Positions 56,298 through 64,000 of a DNA stretch of 64,000 nucleotides are shown here, piece by piece. Source of the DNA: an uncultured Dehalococcoidia bacterium (GTDB lineage Bacteria; Chloroflexota; Dehalococcoidia; Lucifugimonadales; JADFKI01); NCBI GenBank assembly GCA_964595285.1, contig CAZQPS010000047.1, positions 27,317 to 91,316 on the forward strand, given 5' to 3'. How positions within the stretch are numbered: position 1 is the first letter of the stretch; each line of letters opens with the position of its first letter. Both the position numbers and the translations under genes were made by a program. The notes below the pieces were generated by a model. That model had not been told where the DNA came from. It saw only the letters and a program-made list of their open reading frames with translations, and did no database searches.

Positions 56298-56882
56298 TTA
56301 CTTTACTTTAAACGAAGCAGTTGATTCTTCTCCGCCTGCTGCGGAAGTAGAATCGACACTTGGTTCGCTATGTATCGATACATCCTCTCCAGACGTCTCG
56401 CTAGTCTCTTCTGATGATATCGGTATAAGATCCTCATGGCTTTCTAGATGATCTACGTACAATATACCATTAAGATGGTCCACTTCATGTTCTAGAACTT
56501 GGCAAAGAAGATCCTCGGCCTTGAGGCTTACAACTTTTGTAGTTTGATCCAGTGCTCTAAATTTTATCCAGATAGATCTCTCTACAAATCCTCGATATCC
56601 TGGAATACTTAGACACCCCTCTTCTACTCTCCGCCTCCCGCTACGTCTCGTGATTTCCGGATTGATATATATTCTTGCCTCATCTTCATCAGGTAATTGA
56701 ATTACTATGACTCTTCGCAATTGACCTATCTGATTAGCCGCCAAACCAACTCCGTTAGCATGACGCATAGTGTCCACCATATTATGTGCCATATTGACGA
56801 CGTTTGAATCGATATTTCTGATTTTCTTAGCGCGCTGCCGTAGAATCGGATTTGGCAACTCTAATATTGGTAGTACTGCCAA
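56298..56882 (-). CDS. def: peptide deformylase with acidic/Ser-rich C-terminal extension
   Basis: GVGLAANQIG, EGCLSIPG and HEVDHLNG are the three deformylase motifs. An extra ~40-aa tail follows (SSEETSETSGEDVSIHSEPSVDSTSAAGGEEST). Confidence 0.92.
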   Translation of the reverse strand: MAVLPILELPNPILRQRAKKIRNIDSNVVNMAHNMVDTMRHANGVGLAANQIGQLRRVIVIQLPDEDEARIYINPEITRRSGRRRVEEGCLSIPGYRGFVERSIWIKFRALDQTTKVVSLKAEDLLCQVLEHEVDHLNGILYVDHLESHEDLIPISSEETSETSGEDVSIHSEPSVDSTSAAGGEESTASFKVK

Positions 56883-57035
56883 TACTAATCTCCTGCTGTT
56901 TTATGCTTTTTTAAAAAAATAGAGGTCACGAAACGTAGCAGCTCATCATTTTAATGTTTCGCCCAGATTATAGCGAGAGGCTCCAGCAACTGTAAAGAAA
57001 AGGTATGAGTAATATTGTTGCGTTCTCGACCCAAC

Positions 57036-58205
57036 TCATTCAATTCTGTGATATGGGAAAATAATCTTTCGAATCTCTCTGACAGTGGCTTCACCAAACT
57101 TTTTGGCTTCAAGAAGCATGTCCGGATCTATTATCGGCATCTCATCCCTAAGAGAATCGACTTTATGGAGACGTGCATAAGCGCTTGGAATCTCATTTGG
57201 GAATTTTTGTCCAGACATTATTCCGTAATCCAATGTCCATGCATTCGCTACTGAAGCTACATGATATCCACCACCACCTAGAGCAAGCCATTTACTAGGT
57301 TCCAAGTCGTTGATAAGACTAACTATATTCTCATGACCTTGTGTGGTGAGAGCCAAATGTGTGATCGGATCTTTAAAATGAGTGTCAATTCCCAATTGGG
57401 TTACCAAAACATCAGCATCAAAAGCCTTCAACAACGGCACGGCTGTTTCTCGAAACACGAAAGAATATATCTCGTCTGTGGTGTAGGGAAATAAAGGAAC
57501 ATTGACTGAGTATCCCCTACCTCTCCCGTTGCCTACTTCATTCACTTCTCCCGTACCTGGAAACAAAAATTTCCCAGATTCATGAATCGATATTGTCAAG
57601 ACTGAATCAGTATCATAAAAAGCCCCTTGAACGCCGTCACCATGGTGACAATCTATATCAAGATAGGCAACACGAAAACCCGACTTAAGCAATTCATTTA
57701 TTGCTATGACAGGATCATTAAAAACACAAAACCCATAAGCGTTGCTAGGCATCGCATGATGTAAACCTCCAGAAATATTGAAAGCAACATCCGCTTCTTC
57801 ACTGATCAATGTCTCAACAGCACTCATCGATGCTCCTACGGAAAGTATTGCAGCCTCGTACATGCCTTTGTAAGAGGGATTATCGCCAAAACCGAGGTTA
57901 AATTCTTGCATTAATGCACTCTCTCCAAGTGAGCTGGCAGACTTTACTGCCGATATATACTCTTCACGATGGAAACTCCTGAGATCGTTTACATTTGCAG
58001 CTTCAGGCTCTATCAGAATTGTAGTAGGACCATCGAACGCTTCGTAGGAACACAAAAGATCATACGTGTACCGGAGACGTTCGGGTTTCATGGGATGAGT
58101 CTCGCCAATAACGTGTCTTGACAGAGTGTCACAATATACGAAAGCTGCTCTTCTCACATAGCCTCTCTTCCCTGTAGATATTAGCGAATATTTCTTTATA
58201 TTCAC
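57036..58205 (-). CDS. histone deacetylase-family protein (AcuC/acetylpolyamine amidohydrolase-like)
   Basis: GGLHHAMPSNAYGFCVFND, DIDCHHGDGVQ and the GGGGY region are class I/II HDAC-fold signatures. Confidence 0.88.
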   Translation of the reverse strand: MNIKKYSLISTGKRGYVRRAAFVYCDTLSRHVIGETHPMKPERLRYTYDLLCSYEAFDGPTTILIEPEAANVNDLRSFHREEYISAVKSASSLGESALMQEFNLGFGDNPSYKGMYEAAILSVGASMSAVETLISEEADVAFNISGGLHHAMPSNAYGFCVFNDPVIAINELLKSGFRVAYLDIDCHHGDGVQGAFYDTDSVLTISIHESGKFLFPGTGEVNEVGNGRGRGYSVNVPLFPYTTDEIYSFVFRETAVPLLKAFDADVLVTQLGIDTHFKDPITHLALTTQGHENIVSLINDLEPSKWLALGGGGYHVASVANAWTLDYGIMSGQKFPNEIPSAYARLHKVDSLRDEMPIIDPDMLLEAKKFGEATVREIRKIIFPYHRIE

Positions 58206-58225
58206 CTGCCCAAGGGCGTCTAAAA

Positions 58226-58870
58226 TTATATTCCGGTTATTTTTATCATTGAATTCGTCTTATAAATGCGGTTGATATTAAGCAGTAACGCTGTTAAGTC
58301 CTCCACATACCTAGCATTCACTATGCCTCCTCCATTCACCCCCCTTACCCCAGAAATCCGTTCAGCGAGTTCAATAATTTTTTCTTTTAAACATATATCA
58401 TCGCAACAAACTATAACGTCAGTATCTAACGATAGGTCGGGAACCAATAGTTCGTGTGCACTTATGTTGTGGAAGGCTGCAGCTATCCTAGAATTCTTTA
58501 GGATGTTTGCAGATTCCAAAGCCGCTGAGCCTTCTTCAACTCTCACCGCTTGTGCTAAGCCCTTCTCAAAAGAAAGAGGAGCAACCACATTAACAATATC
58601 TTTCCCGTCCAAATCATTTTGTAATGCCTCAAGAGTAACTCTCTGTGCAGAGTAAGGAACCACTATAAAAATTAATTCAGACATTCTTGCAATTTCCGTG
58701 TTTGAGTTCCCGATTACTCTTCCTCTGGGGTTATGGCTCGCCACAGATTTGGCAGCTTCTACGGCCCTCTCTGTATCCCTAGAGCCAATAGCCACGTCTT
58801 CACCTGCAATAGCAAATCTTAATGCGAGCCCTCTGCCTTCAGGCCCGGTTCCGCCTATGAAACCTATCAT
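58226..58870 (-). CDS. npdG: NADPH-dependent F420 reductase
   Basis: MIGFIGGTGPEGRGLALRFAIAGEDVAIGSRD is the typical N-terminal dinucleotide fold of the FNO/NpdG family. 214 aa. Confidence 0.8.
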   Translation of the reverse strand: MIGFIGGTGPEGRGLALRFAIAGEDVAIGSRDTERAVEAAKSVASHNPRGRVIGNSNTEIARMSELIFIVVPYSAQRVTLEALQNDLDGKDIVNVVAPLSFEKGLAQAVRVEEGSAALESANILKNSRIAAAFHNISAHELLVPDLSLDTDVIVCCDDICLKEKIIELAERISGVRGVNGGGIVNARYVEDLTALLLNINRIYKTNSMIKITGI

Positions 58871-59132
58871 TTATTATCACCTCTGAAATGTATACATCTT
58901 AACGTCACTACTCTACGTGCTCGTATAACTTACACGCAAGGTACATCGCCAAATTAATCGCTAAAACACTACTGACTATCCTCAACTATCGACTGTCCTA
59001 GACAACAATCAAGCGTATTCCCTTATACAGACTTAAATAAGCATGACATTTAGGAAATATACGAAGCATTTGCGTGATTTTCCCTGATTTACTAGAATGG
59101 GCCTATCCAAGTCAGCTCTATGGAGGAATGGT

Positions 59133-61178
59133 ATGGCCAGATATGACACAAAACAACTTAGAAATATCGTGTTGCTATCGCATAGCGGTGCTGGCAAGAC
59201 CATAGCATCAGAAGCCATGCTTCATGTAGCTGGCCTTACCAGTAGATTGGGTACCGTAGAGGATGGGACAACGTCTTCTGACTTCGAACCCGAAGAAATT
59301 AGGCGCCAAGGAAGCGTCCAGTCTTCAGTGATATCATGCTTGTGGAATGGCCACAAAATTAATGTATTGGATACTCCTGGCTACGCTGATTTTAGAGGCG
59401 AAGTCATTTCATCTGTACATGTGGCCGATGCTGCCGTATTTGTTATTGCTTGTCCATCAGGACCCGAAGTAGGTACAACGCAAATGTGGAGCATAGCTGA
59501 CGCCCGTAGCCTTCCCAGACTAATCTATTTAAGCAAGATGGATAAAGAGAATGCAGATTTCAACAGATCCATGGATTTAATTACAGAGCGCTTCGGACGT
59601 AAGTGCGTGCCAATTCAAATTCCGGTTGGCTCCGAATCTGAATTCAACGCGCTGGTAAATTTACTGGACTCTGAGTCTATTACAGCCGAGCAATCAACAA
59701 GCGACGTCGAAGCAGCCAGAGAAAGGCTTATTGAATCTGTAGCAGAGTCAGATGATGGCCTAGCTACGAAATATCTAGAGGGCGAAGATATTACCCAAGA
59801 TGAGCTCATACATGGTTTGAAGCAAGGCGTCCTGGACGGTAAAATTATCCCCGTCCTTGTGGGAAATTCAACAGAAGAACTAGGCACTAAAGAACTATTA
59901 AATTGTATAGTGGACCTATTCCCCTCCCCTTTAGATGTCAAGGAAGAAAACTTGATGAAATCTGTCGAAGCGATTCCTCTGAATCCAGACAGCGAAGCAC
60001 CCCTTGCAGCTCTTATATTCAAAACATCAGCAGATCCATTTGTAGGAAAATTGTCTTACTTCCGAACATATGGTGGGACCATTTCGAGTGATTCCCAAAT
60101 CTGGAATGCAAACACAAACGAAGCAGAGCGTATTGGTCAATTATTTAGTCTAGTTGGGAAAGAGCAAAACGCTGAGAGTGGCTTCGCGGCTGGAGACATA
60201 GGAGCTACTGCTAAACTGAATTCCTCTCTTACAGGACACACCCTATGTGAGAAAGACCATACAATACAAATAAATCCTCCAATCTTTCCTAGACCAGTTT
60301 ATCAAATGGCAGTTTTCCCCAAAACACAGGCAGATGTCGATAAAATGAGTACTTCTTTGACCAGAATAGCAGAAGAAGACCCTAGCCTTGAGGTAATCCG
60401 AGAGCCTAACACTCTTGAAATTCTCATAGGGGGACTTGGCGACACTCATGTCGAAATAGCCGTAGAAAAGATGAAAAGGAAATTTGGGTCAGAAATGATC
60501 TTAGAAGTGCCTAAAGTACCATACAAGGAAACAATAGCTAGCACTACAAAGGTCGAATATCGACATAAAAAACAATCCGGTGGACACGGTCAATTTGGTC
60601 ATGTTTGGCTCGAACTCGAACCACTCCCCAGGGGAGAAGGATTTGCATTTGAAGAAAGTGTTGTTGGAGGTTCAGTTCCACGAGAATACATCCCTGCAGT
60701 AGAAAAAGGAGTTGTAAAAGCCATGGCGGATGGCGCGATCGCAGGATATCCAATTGTGGACGTAAAAGCTACGCTATTTGACGGGAGCTATCACACGGTT
60801 GACTCTTCTGGAATATGCTTTGAAATTGCTGGCGCAGCCGCGTTGACAAGAGGTGTCCAGCAAGCCACACCTGCTTTGCTTGAACCTATCATGCAAGCAA
60901 CAATATCTGTTCCTGACGATTTCGCTGGAGAGATCATTGGTGATCTAAACTCGAAACGAGGCCGTATACAGGGCATGACCCCACAAGGAAATGGGATCAC
61001 TATTATTGAGACAGAGGTGCCACAGGCTGAAATGCTTCGATATGCGACTGACATGCGCTCCATCACACAAGGCCAGGGCACCTTCACAACAGAGTTCAGT
61101 CACTATGACCAAGTCCCGGGACATATGGTCGAACAAATTATTCAAGAAACCAGAGCTAAGGAAACTTCTCGGGTTTAG
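59133..61178 (+). CDS. elongation factor G family GTPase (paralog outside the str operon)
   Basis: ATG 59133 follows a GGAGG RBS. G1 HSGAGKT, G3 DTPGYADF, G4 SKMD, and EF-G domains II-V (HKKQSGGHGQFGHV, a domain IV loop region). Confidence 0.88.
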   Translation: MARYDTKQLRNIVLLSHSGAGKTIASEAMLHVAGLTSRLGTVEDGTTSSDFEPEEIRRQGSVQSSVISCLWNGHKINVLDTPGYADFRGEVISSVHVADAAVFVIACPSGPEVGTTQMWSIADARSLPRLIYLSKMDKENADFNRSMDLITERFGRKCVPIQIPVGSESEFNALVNLLDSESITAEQSTSDVEAARERLIESVAESDDGLATKYLEGEDITQDELIHGLKQGVLDGKIIPVLVGNSTEELGTKELLNCIVDLFPSPLDVKEENLMKSVEAIPLNPDSEAPLAALIFKTSADPFVGKLSYFRTYGGTISSDSQIWNANTNEAERIGQLFSLVGKEQNAESGFAAGDIGATAKLNSSLTGHTLCEKDHTIQINPPIFPRPVYQMAVFPKTQADVDKMSTSLTRIAEEDPSLEVIREPNTLEILIGGLGDTHVEIAVEKMKRKFGSEMILEVPKVPYKETIASTTKVEYRHKKQSGGHGQFGHVWLELEPLPRGEGFAFEESVVGGSVPREYIPAVEKGVVKAMADGAIAGYPIVDVKATLFDGSYHTVDSSGICFEIAGAAALTRGVQQATPALLEPIMQATISVPDDFAGEIIGDLNSKRGRIQGMTPQGNGITIIETEVPQAEMLRYATDMRSITQGQGTFTTEFSHYDQVPGHMVEQIIQETRAKETSRV

Positions 61179-61229
61179 GTATCGGAAAATTTCCGGAATC
61201 GAAACCTCATTGCTAGACTTTCCAAAATT

Positions 61230-61703
61230 TTATTCTGTACCCGCGGACCATATGGTTTGATAGTTCTTTCCAACGACGACGTCTGCCATTTCCTTCTTCT
61301 CCATCTGGCGCAACTCTGTTAGTATTTTTTGACAGGTCTTTAGGGATTTAAAATCCCCTCTACTTTTAAATCGATTTTCTATACTGGACCAGACACCTAA
61401 TTCTACTAAACTCTCGACATATTTCCTCCAAGGAATCACCGTCAAGTTAGTCGCCCTAGGAAAACTAGGGCGCATCCTACTTAAGCTTCTCAATCTCTCC
61501 TGTGGAGATCCCGCCATGGGCACGACACGAATCATAGGACCCTCATTCGAATTTGACCGAGTATCTATAACAACCGATTTCAAAAAAATTGGGAAGAATA
61601 TCGACATTATCTCAGTAGACTCAATTGTCTTAAGGATTTCCTCCAAATCAAAAAAAGAGTCATATTCCATCTTCTCATCCCTCCTCAAGACCTTAAGAGT
61701 CAA
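61230..61703 (-). CDS. hypothetical protein
   Basis: 157-aa ORF overlapping the etfA stop by 11 nt; an internal ATG at 61670 would remove the overlap. No recognisable motif. Confidence 0.45.
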   Translation of the reverse strand: MTLKVLRRDEKMEYDSFFDLEEILKTIESTEIMSIFFPIFLKSVVIDTRSNSNEGPMIRVVPMAGSPQERLRSLSRMRPSFPRATNLTVIPWRKYVESLVELGVWSSIENRFKSRGDFKSLKTCQKILTELRQMEKKEMADVVVGKNYQTIWSAGTE

Positions 61704-62685
61704 CGAGCTCTCTAACTGTCTCTATAAATGTCGGCAGCACAGATTTCCAATCGCCTACGACCCCAAAACTAGAGGTTTTAAAAATATTAGCTTCTGGATC
61801 CCGATTGATGGCTATAATGTGCTTTGATGAAGAACAGCCTGCCATATGCTGGCTTGCTCCCGATATACCAACGGTTATATATAAGTCAGGAGTAACCGTT
61901 TTACCTGTCAAACCGACCTGGTACGCATGGTCTAACCAACCTGCGTCACATACCGCCCTAGATGCTCCCACTGCTCCACCCAATACCTTCGCAAGATCTT
62001 CCAACATATCAAATGGCTCAGGCCCGCCAAGTCCTCTTCCTCCTGCAACAACCACTTTAGCGTCTTCTAAGCGAATCCCTTCCGACGACTCAAGTACAGT
62101 CTCAATCACCTTAGTTTTAATCACTGAAGGATCTAATTTGAGATTCACCCTGTCGATCTCCCCTTCGCGGGTATCATCTGGCAAAAGGGGCTCAGTGGTC
62201 TTAGGCCTAATAACTATAACATTGGGATCACTTTCTAAGAATTTCACTTTTGCTATGGCATTACCGCCATATACAGGACGAATAGCACATATTTTGTTGT
62301 CGGTAGGATCCACATATACATCTAAACAATCTTGGGCCAACCCTACACCCAAGCTAAAAGCCAGCCTAGGGGCTAATTCTCTGCCTCCCATAGTTCTGCC
62401 AAAGAGAACTACCGAAGGCTTATAATATTTACATACTGTTTCAAAAGCGGACAGTTGAGCGTCTAATTCTCCACCGTGGAGTACGTCATCCGAAAGTATG
62501 AAAACCTTGTCAGCCCCGTGGGCTATGGCGCCTGAAGCGACATCATCTTCAATTTCCCCCATAAGAGATACAGCAACTTCGCTTCCAGTTGATTCGCTCA
62601 ATCGTCTTGCGACCGCCGTGAGTTCGTACGTTATCGAGAGTATTTGACTATCAGCGCATTCCCCGAATACTAAAATTCCTGGCAT
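61693..62685 (-). CDS. etfA: electron transfer flavoprotein subunit alpha
   Basis: C-terminal FAD-binding region VVAGGRG....AVGASRA..DAGW......QVG.TGK.V.P.LYI.VGISGA.QH..G is present almost verbatim. Confidence 0.93.
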   Translation of the reverse strand: MPGILVFGECADSQILSITYELTAVARRLSESTGSEVAVSLMGEIEDDVASGAIAHGADKVFILSDDVLHGGELDAQLSAFETVCKYYKPSVVLFGRTMGGRELAPRLAFSLGVGLAQDCLDVYVDPTDNKICAIRPVYGGNAIAKVKFLESDPNVIVIRPKTTEPLLPDDTREGEIDRVNLKLDPSVIKTKVIETVLESSEGIRLEDAKVVVAGGRGLGGPEPFDMLEDLAKVLGGAVGASRAVCDAGWLDHAYQVGLTGKTVTPDLYITVGISGASQHMAGCSSSKHIIAINRDPEANIFKTSSFGVVGDWKSVLPTFIETVRELVDS

Positions 62686-62701
62686 ATTAACTCCACATGT
62701 A

Positions 62702-63502
62702 CTAAATAAGTTTTTCTTCTCTCAATCTTAAAGCTAACTTACGTCCAGAGTCTTCATCATCTTCACCCTCTATCATCTCCACCGTCTGCTCACTAACGGG
62801 TATATACAGTTCTTCTACATATACTTTTGAAGATAGATCGTCATTACCCAACCCGATGTCCTCTCTGGACCAAATAATTGGCGCCTTACGACTCGCTTGC
62901 ATGATGCCTCGCAAATTCGGGTAGCGTGGTTCACCCAATTCATTAGTCACACTCACTACAGCAGGCAGAGGTGCACCCACAACCTCATATCCGTCCCCAA
63001 TTGATCTATGGACAACAACGCCTTCATCAGATATTTCTATATTTTGTCCAAAAGAAATTACAGGTAATCCTAGAAAATGGGCAATCCCAATTGGTACATG
63101 AGCCTGATCCCAATCAGAGGCCTGCCTTCCACATAAAATTAAATCAAATCTTCCTATTTTCTCAATGGCCGCAGCAAGCGCGTTTGAAGTAGCAAAAGGA
63201 TCCAAATCTGAGGCTGATTCGTCTTGGACCAATACCAACTCATCAGCGCCCATAGAAAGGGGCTTTTTCATAACATCCATTACGAAATGATCACCTAAGG
63301 CAAGCACAGTTATTTTGCCAACGTGCCCATCATCTTTAAGGCGTAATGCGGCTTCAACAGCATTTTCATCAAATCCATTGACGACCGGAGGAATTCCGTG
63401 GACCTCTACAACTTTATTGGACTCGGGATCAATGTCAAAGGCAGACGCCGGAGTCTCTGGATCCATAACTTGCTTTACGCACACAATAATATCTATCGTC
63501 AT
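62702..63502 (-). CDS. etfB: electron transfer flavoprotein subunit beta
   Basis: IIVCVKQVMDPE... at the N-terminus, DLILCGRQASD, and a ~260-aa length. It lies upstream of etfA. Confidence 0.92.
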   Translation of the reverse strand: MTIDIIVCVKQVMDPETPASAFDIDPESNKVVEVHGIPPVVNGFDENAVEAALRLKDDGHVGKITVLALGDHFVMDVMKKPLSMGADELVLVQDESASDLDPFATSNALAAAIEKIGRFDLILCGRQASDWDQAHVPIGIAHFLGLPVISFGQNIEISDEGVVVHRSIGDGYEVVGAPLPAVVSVTNELGEPRYPNLRGIMQASRKAPIIWSREDIGLGNDDLSSKVYVEELYIPVSEQTVEMIEGEDDEDSGRKLALRLREEKLI

Positions 63503-63784
63503 TCACCGACCTCATAGGCTATAACTCATCTACCCTTATGGAGATGCTAAAACCAAGTGTAAACGTACTATATAGACATTTCATACTCGCCTCAGCACCA
63601 ATTCTCAACCACTCGGAAAGATGGTAGTCGTAAGCTTTAGAGGTGTCAAATCTACATGCCTCGCCACGCAAAAGGGGAGTCGGTGAGAAGTAATCTGCGA
63701 CTTCCTTGCATGTTCAATACGAGTTAAATTTTACTTACATCGTAAAATCTCGAGAAAATAGTGTGAAATTGATAGCTTGATACC

Positions 63785-63812
63785 TTGACAATTCTTATAC
63801 AAATATTAAAAA
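63785..63812 (+). promoter_or_regulatory. candidate sigma70-type promoter
   Basis: Consensus -35 TTGACA (63785..63790), a 16-nt spacer, then the A/T-rich -10-like TAAAAA (63807..63812). Confidence 0.35.
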
Positions 63813-63827
63813 ATGCCAATATTCAGT

Positions 63828-63853
63828 CTTGATATTCTCGAGAATATATCAAG
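63828..63853. promoter_or_regulatory. imperfect palindrome (possible operator) just downstream of the candidate promoter
   Basis: CTTGATATTCTC GAGAATAT(AT)CAAG. The arms are complementary apart from a 2-nt insertion and are centred on a CTCGAG core. Confidence 0.3.
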
Positions 63854-63904
63854 CACAAATACAGATCATTACACCGCATAGTGAAGATAAGAGGGAGTCG
63901 TCAA

Positions 63905-64000
63905 TTGGTTACACCAGCTAGCGAACAAAATTCGGAATTCCCACAAGCTACTCAATCGAATGTGATCACTTACGACTTTAGAGAGCCTAGTCCTCCAAAG
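63905..64000 (+). CDS. 5' end of an unidentified ORF running off the window
   Basis: TTG 63905 follows an AGAGGGAG RBS. MVTPASEQNSEFPQATQSNVITYDFREPSPPK is open to the window edge and too short to assign. Confidence 0.3.
   Translation, partial: MVTPASEQNSEFPQATQSNVITYDFREPSPPK

Noticed and set aside
63905-64000. A FliM/FliN-like assignment of the edge ORF, based on the YDFREP string.
   Set aside because: Only 32 residues are visible. A single short motif is insufficient, and no other flagellar genes are nearby.

Overview
This is a 64-kb chromosomal segment, moderately AT-rich by eye. It is densely packed with about 60 protein genes on both strands, most preceded by AGGAG-type ribosome-binding sites. 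RNA genes are one tRNA-Met(CAT) at 12020..12094 and a tmRNA (ssrA) at 20954..21318, whose tag ends in ...NEYALAA. Housekeeping content:
- Translation and stringent response: purQ (partial), gltX, hisS, prfA-prmC, rimM/KH-protein/rpsP, rpsT, relA/spoT, def, cca, and an EF-G paralog.
- Secretion and envelope: lspA, secD-secF.
- Repair and modification: rluD, nfo, tag, queG.
- Electron transfer: etfB-etfA.

Accessory and metabolic content:
- a proV-proW (+ convergent proX) betaine-type ABC transporter
- two tandem cyclophilins
- an aroQ-like/hyi-like/Gfo-Idh-MocA cluster
- a TenA-like/ribokinase/ThrC-like/aminotransferase group beside a DUF1688 gene
- a DUF1800/DUF1501/NHL group
- an MbfA-like iron exporter
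- an F420:NADP reductase
- a cassette of two family-III CoA-transferases, a thiolase-fold protein and a DUF35 protein

The gene content suggests a marine Chloroflexota (SAR202-like) organism. That is inference only.

The most interesting signals concern UGA recoding:
1. A SelW/Rdx-family gene with a CxxU motif (44363..44623) is truncated in the ORF track because of its in-frame TGA.
2. The thiolase-fold gene (32121..33278) is interrupted only by two in-frame TGA codons. Each is followed by a hairpin at SECIS-like spacing, and at least one sits at a position that is Cys in the family. It is a candidate new selenoenzyme; the alternative is a pseudogene.

Other observations: an orphan Cas4-like Fe-S nuclease beside the tRNA, a degraded tyrosine-recombinase remnant, in-frame tandem duplications in proW and proX, a 9-bp x4 microsatellite, and several uncharacterised proteins. 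No CRISPR array, rRNA or intact mobile element was seen.
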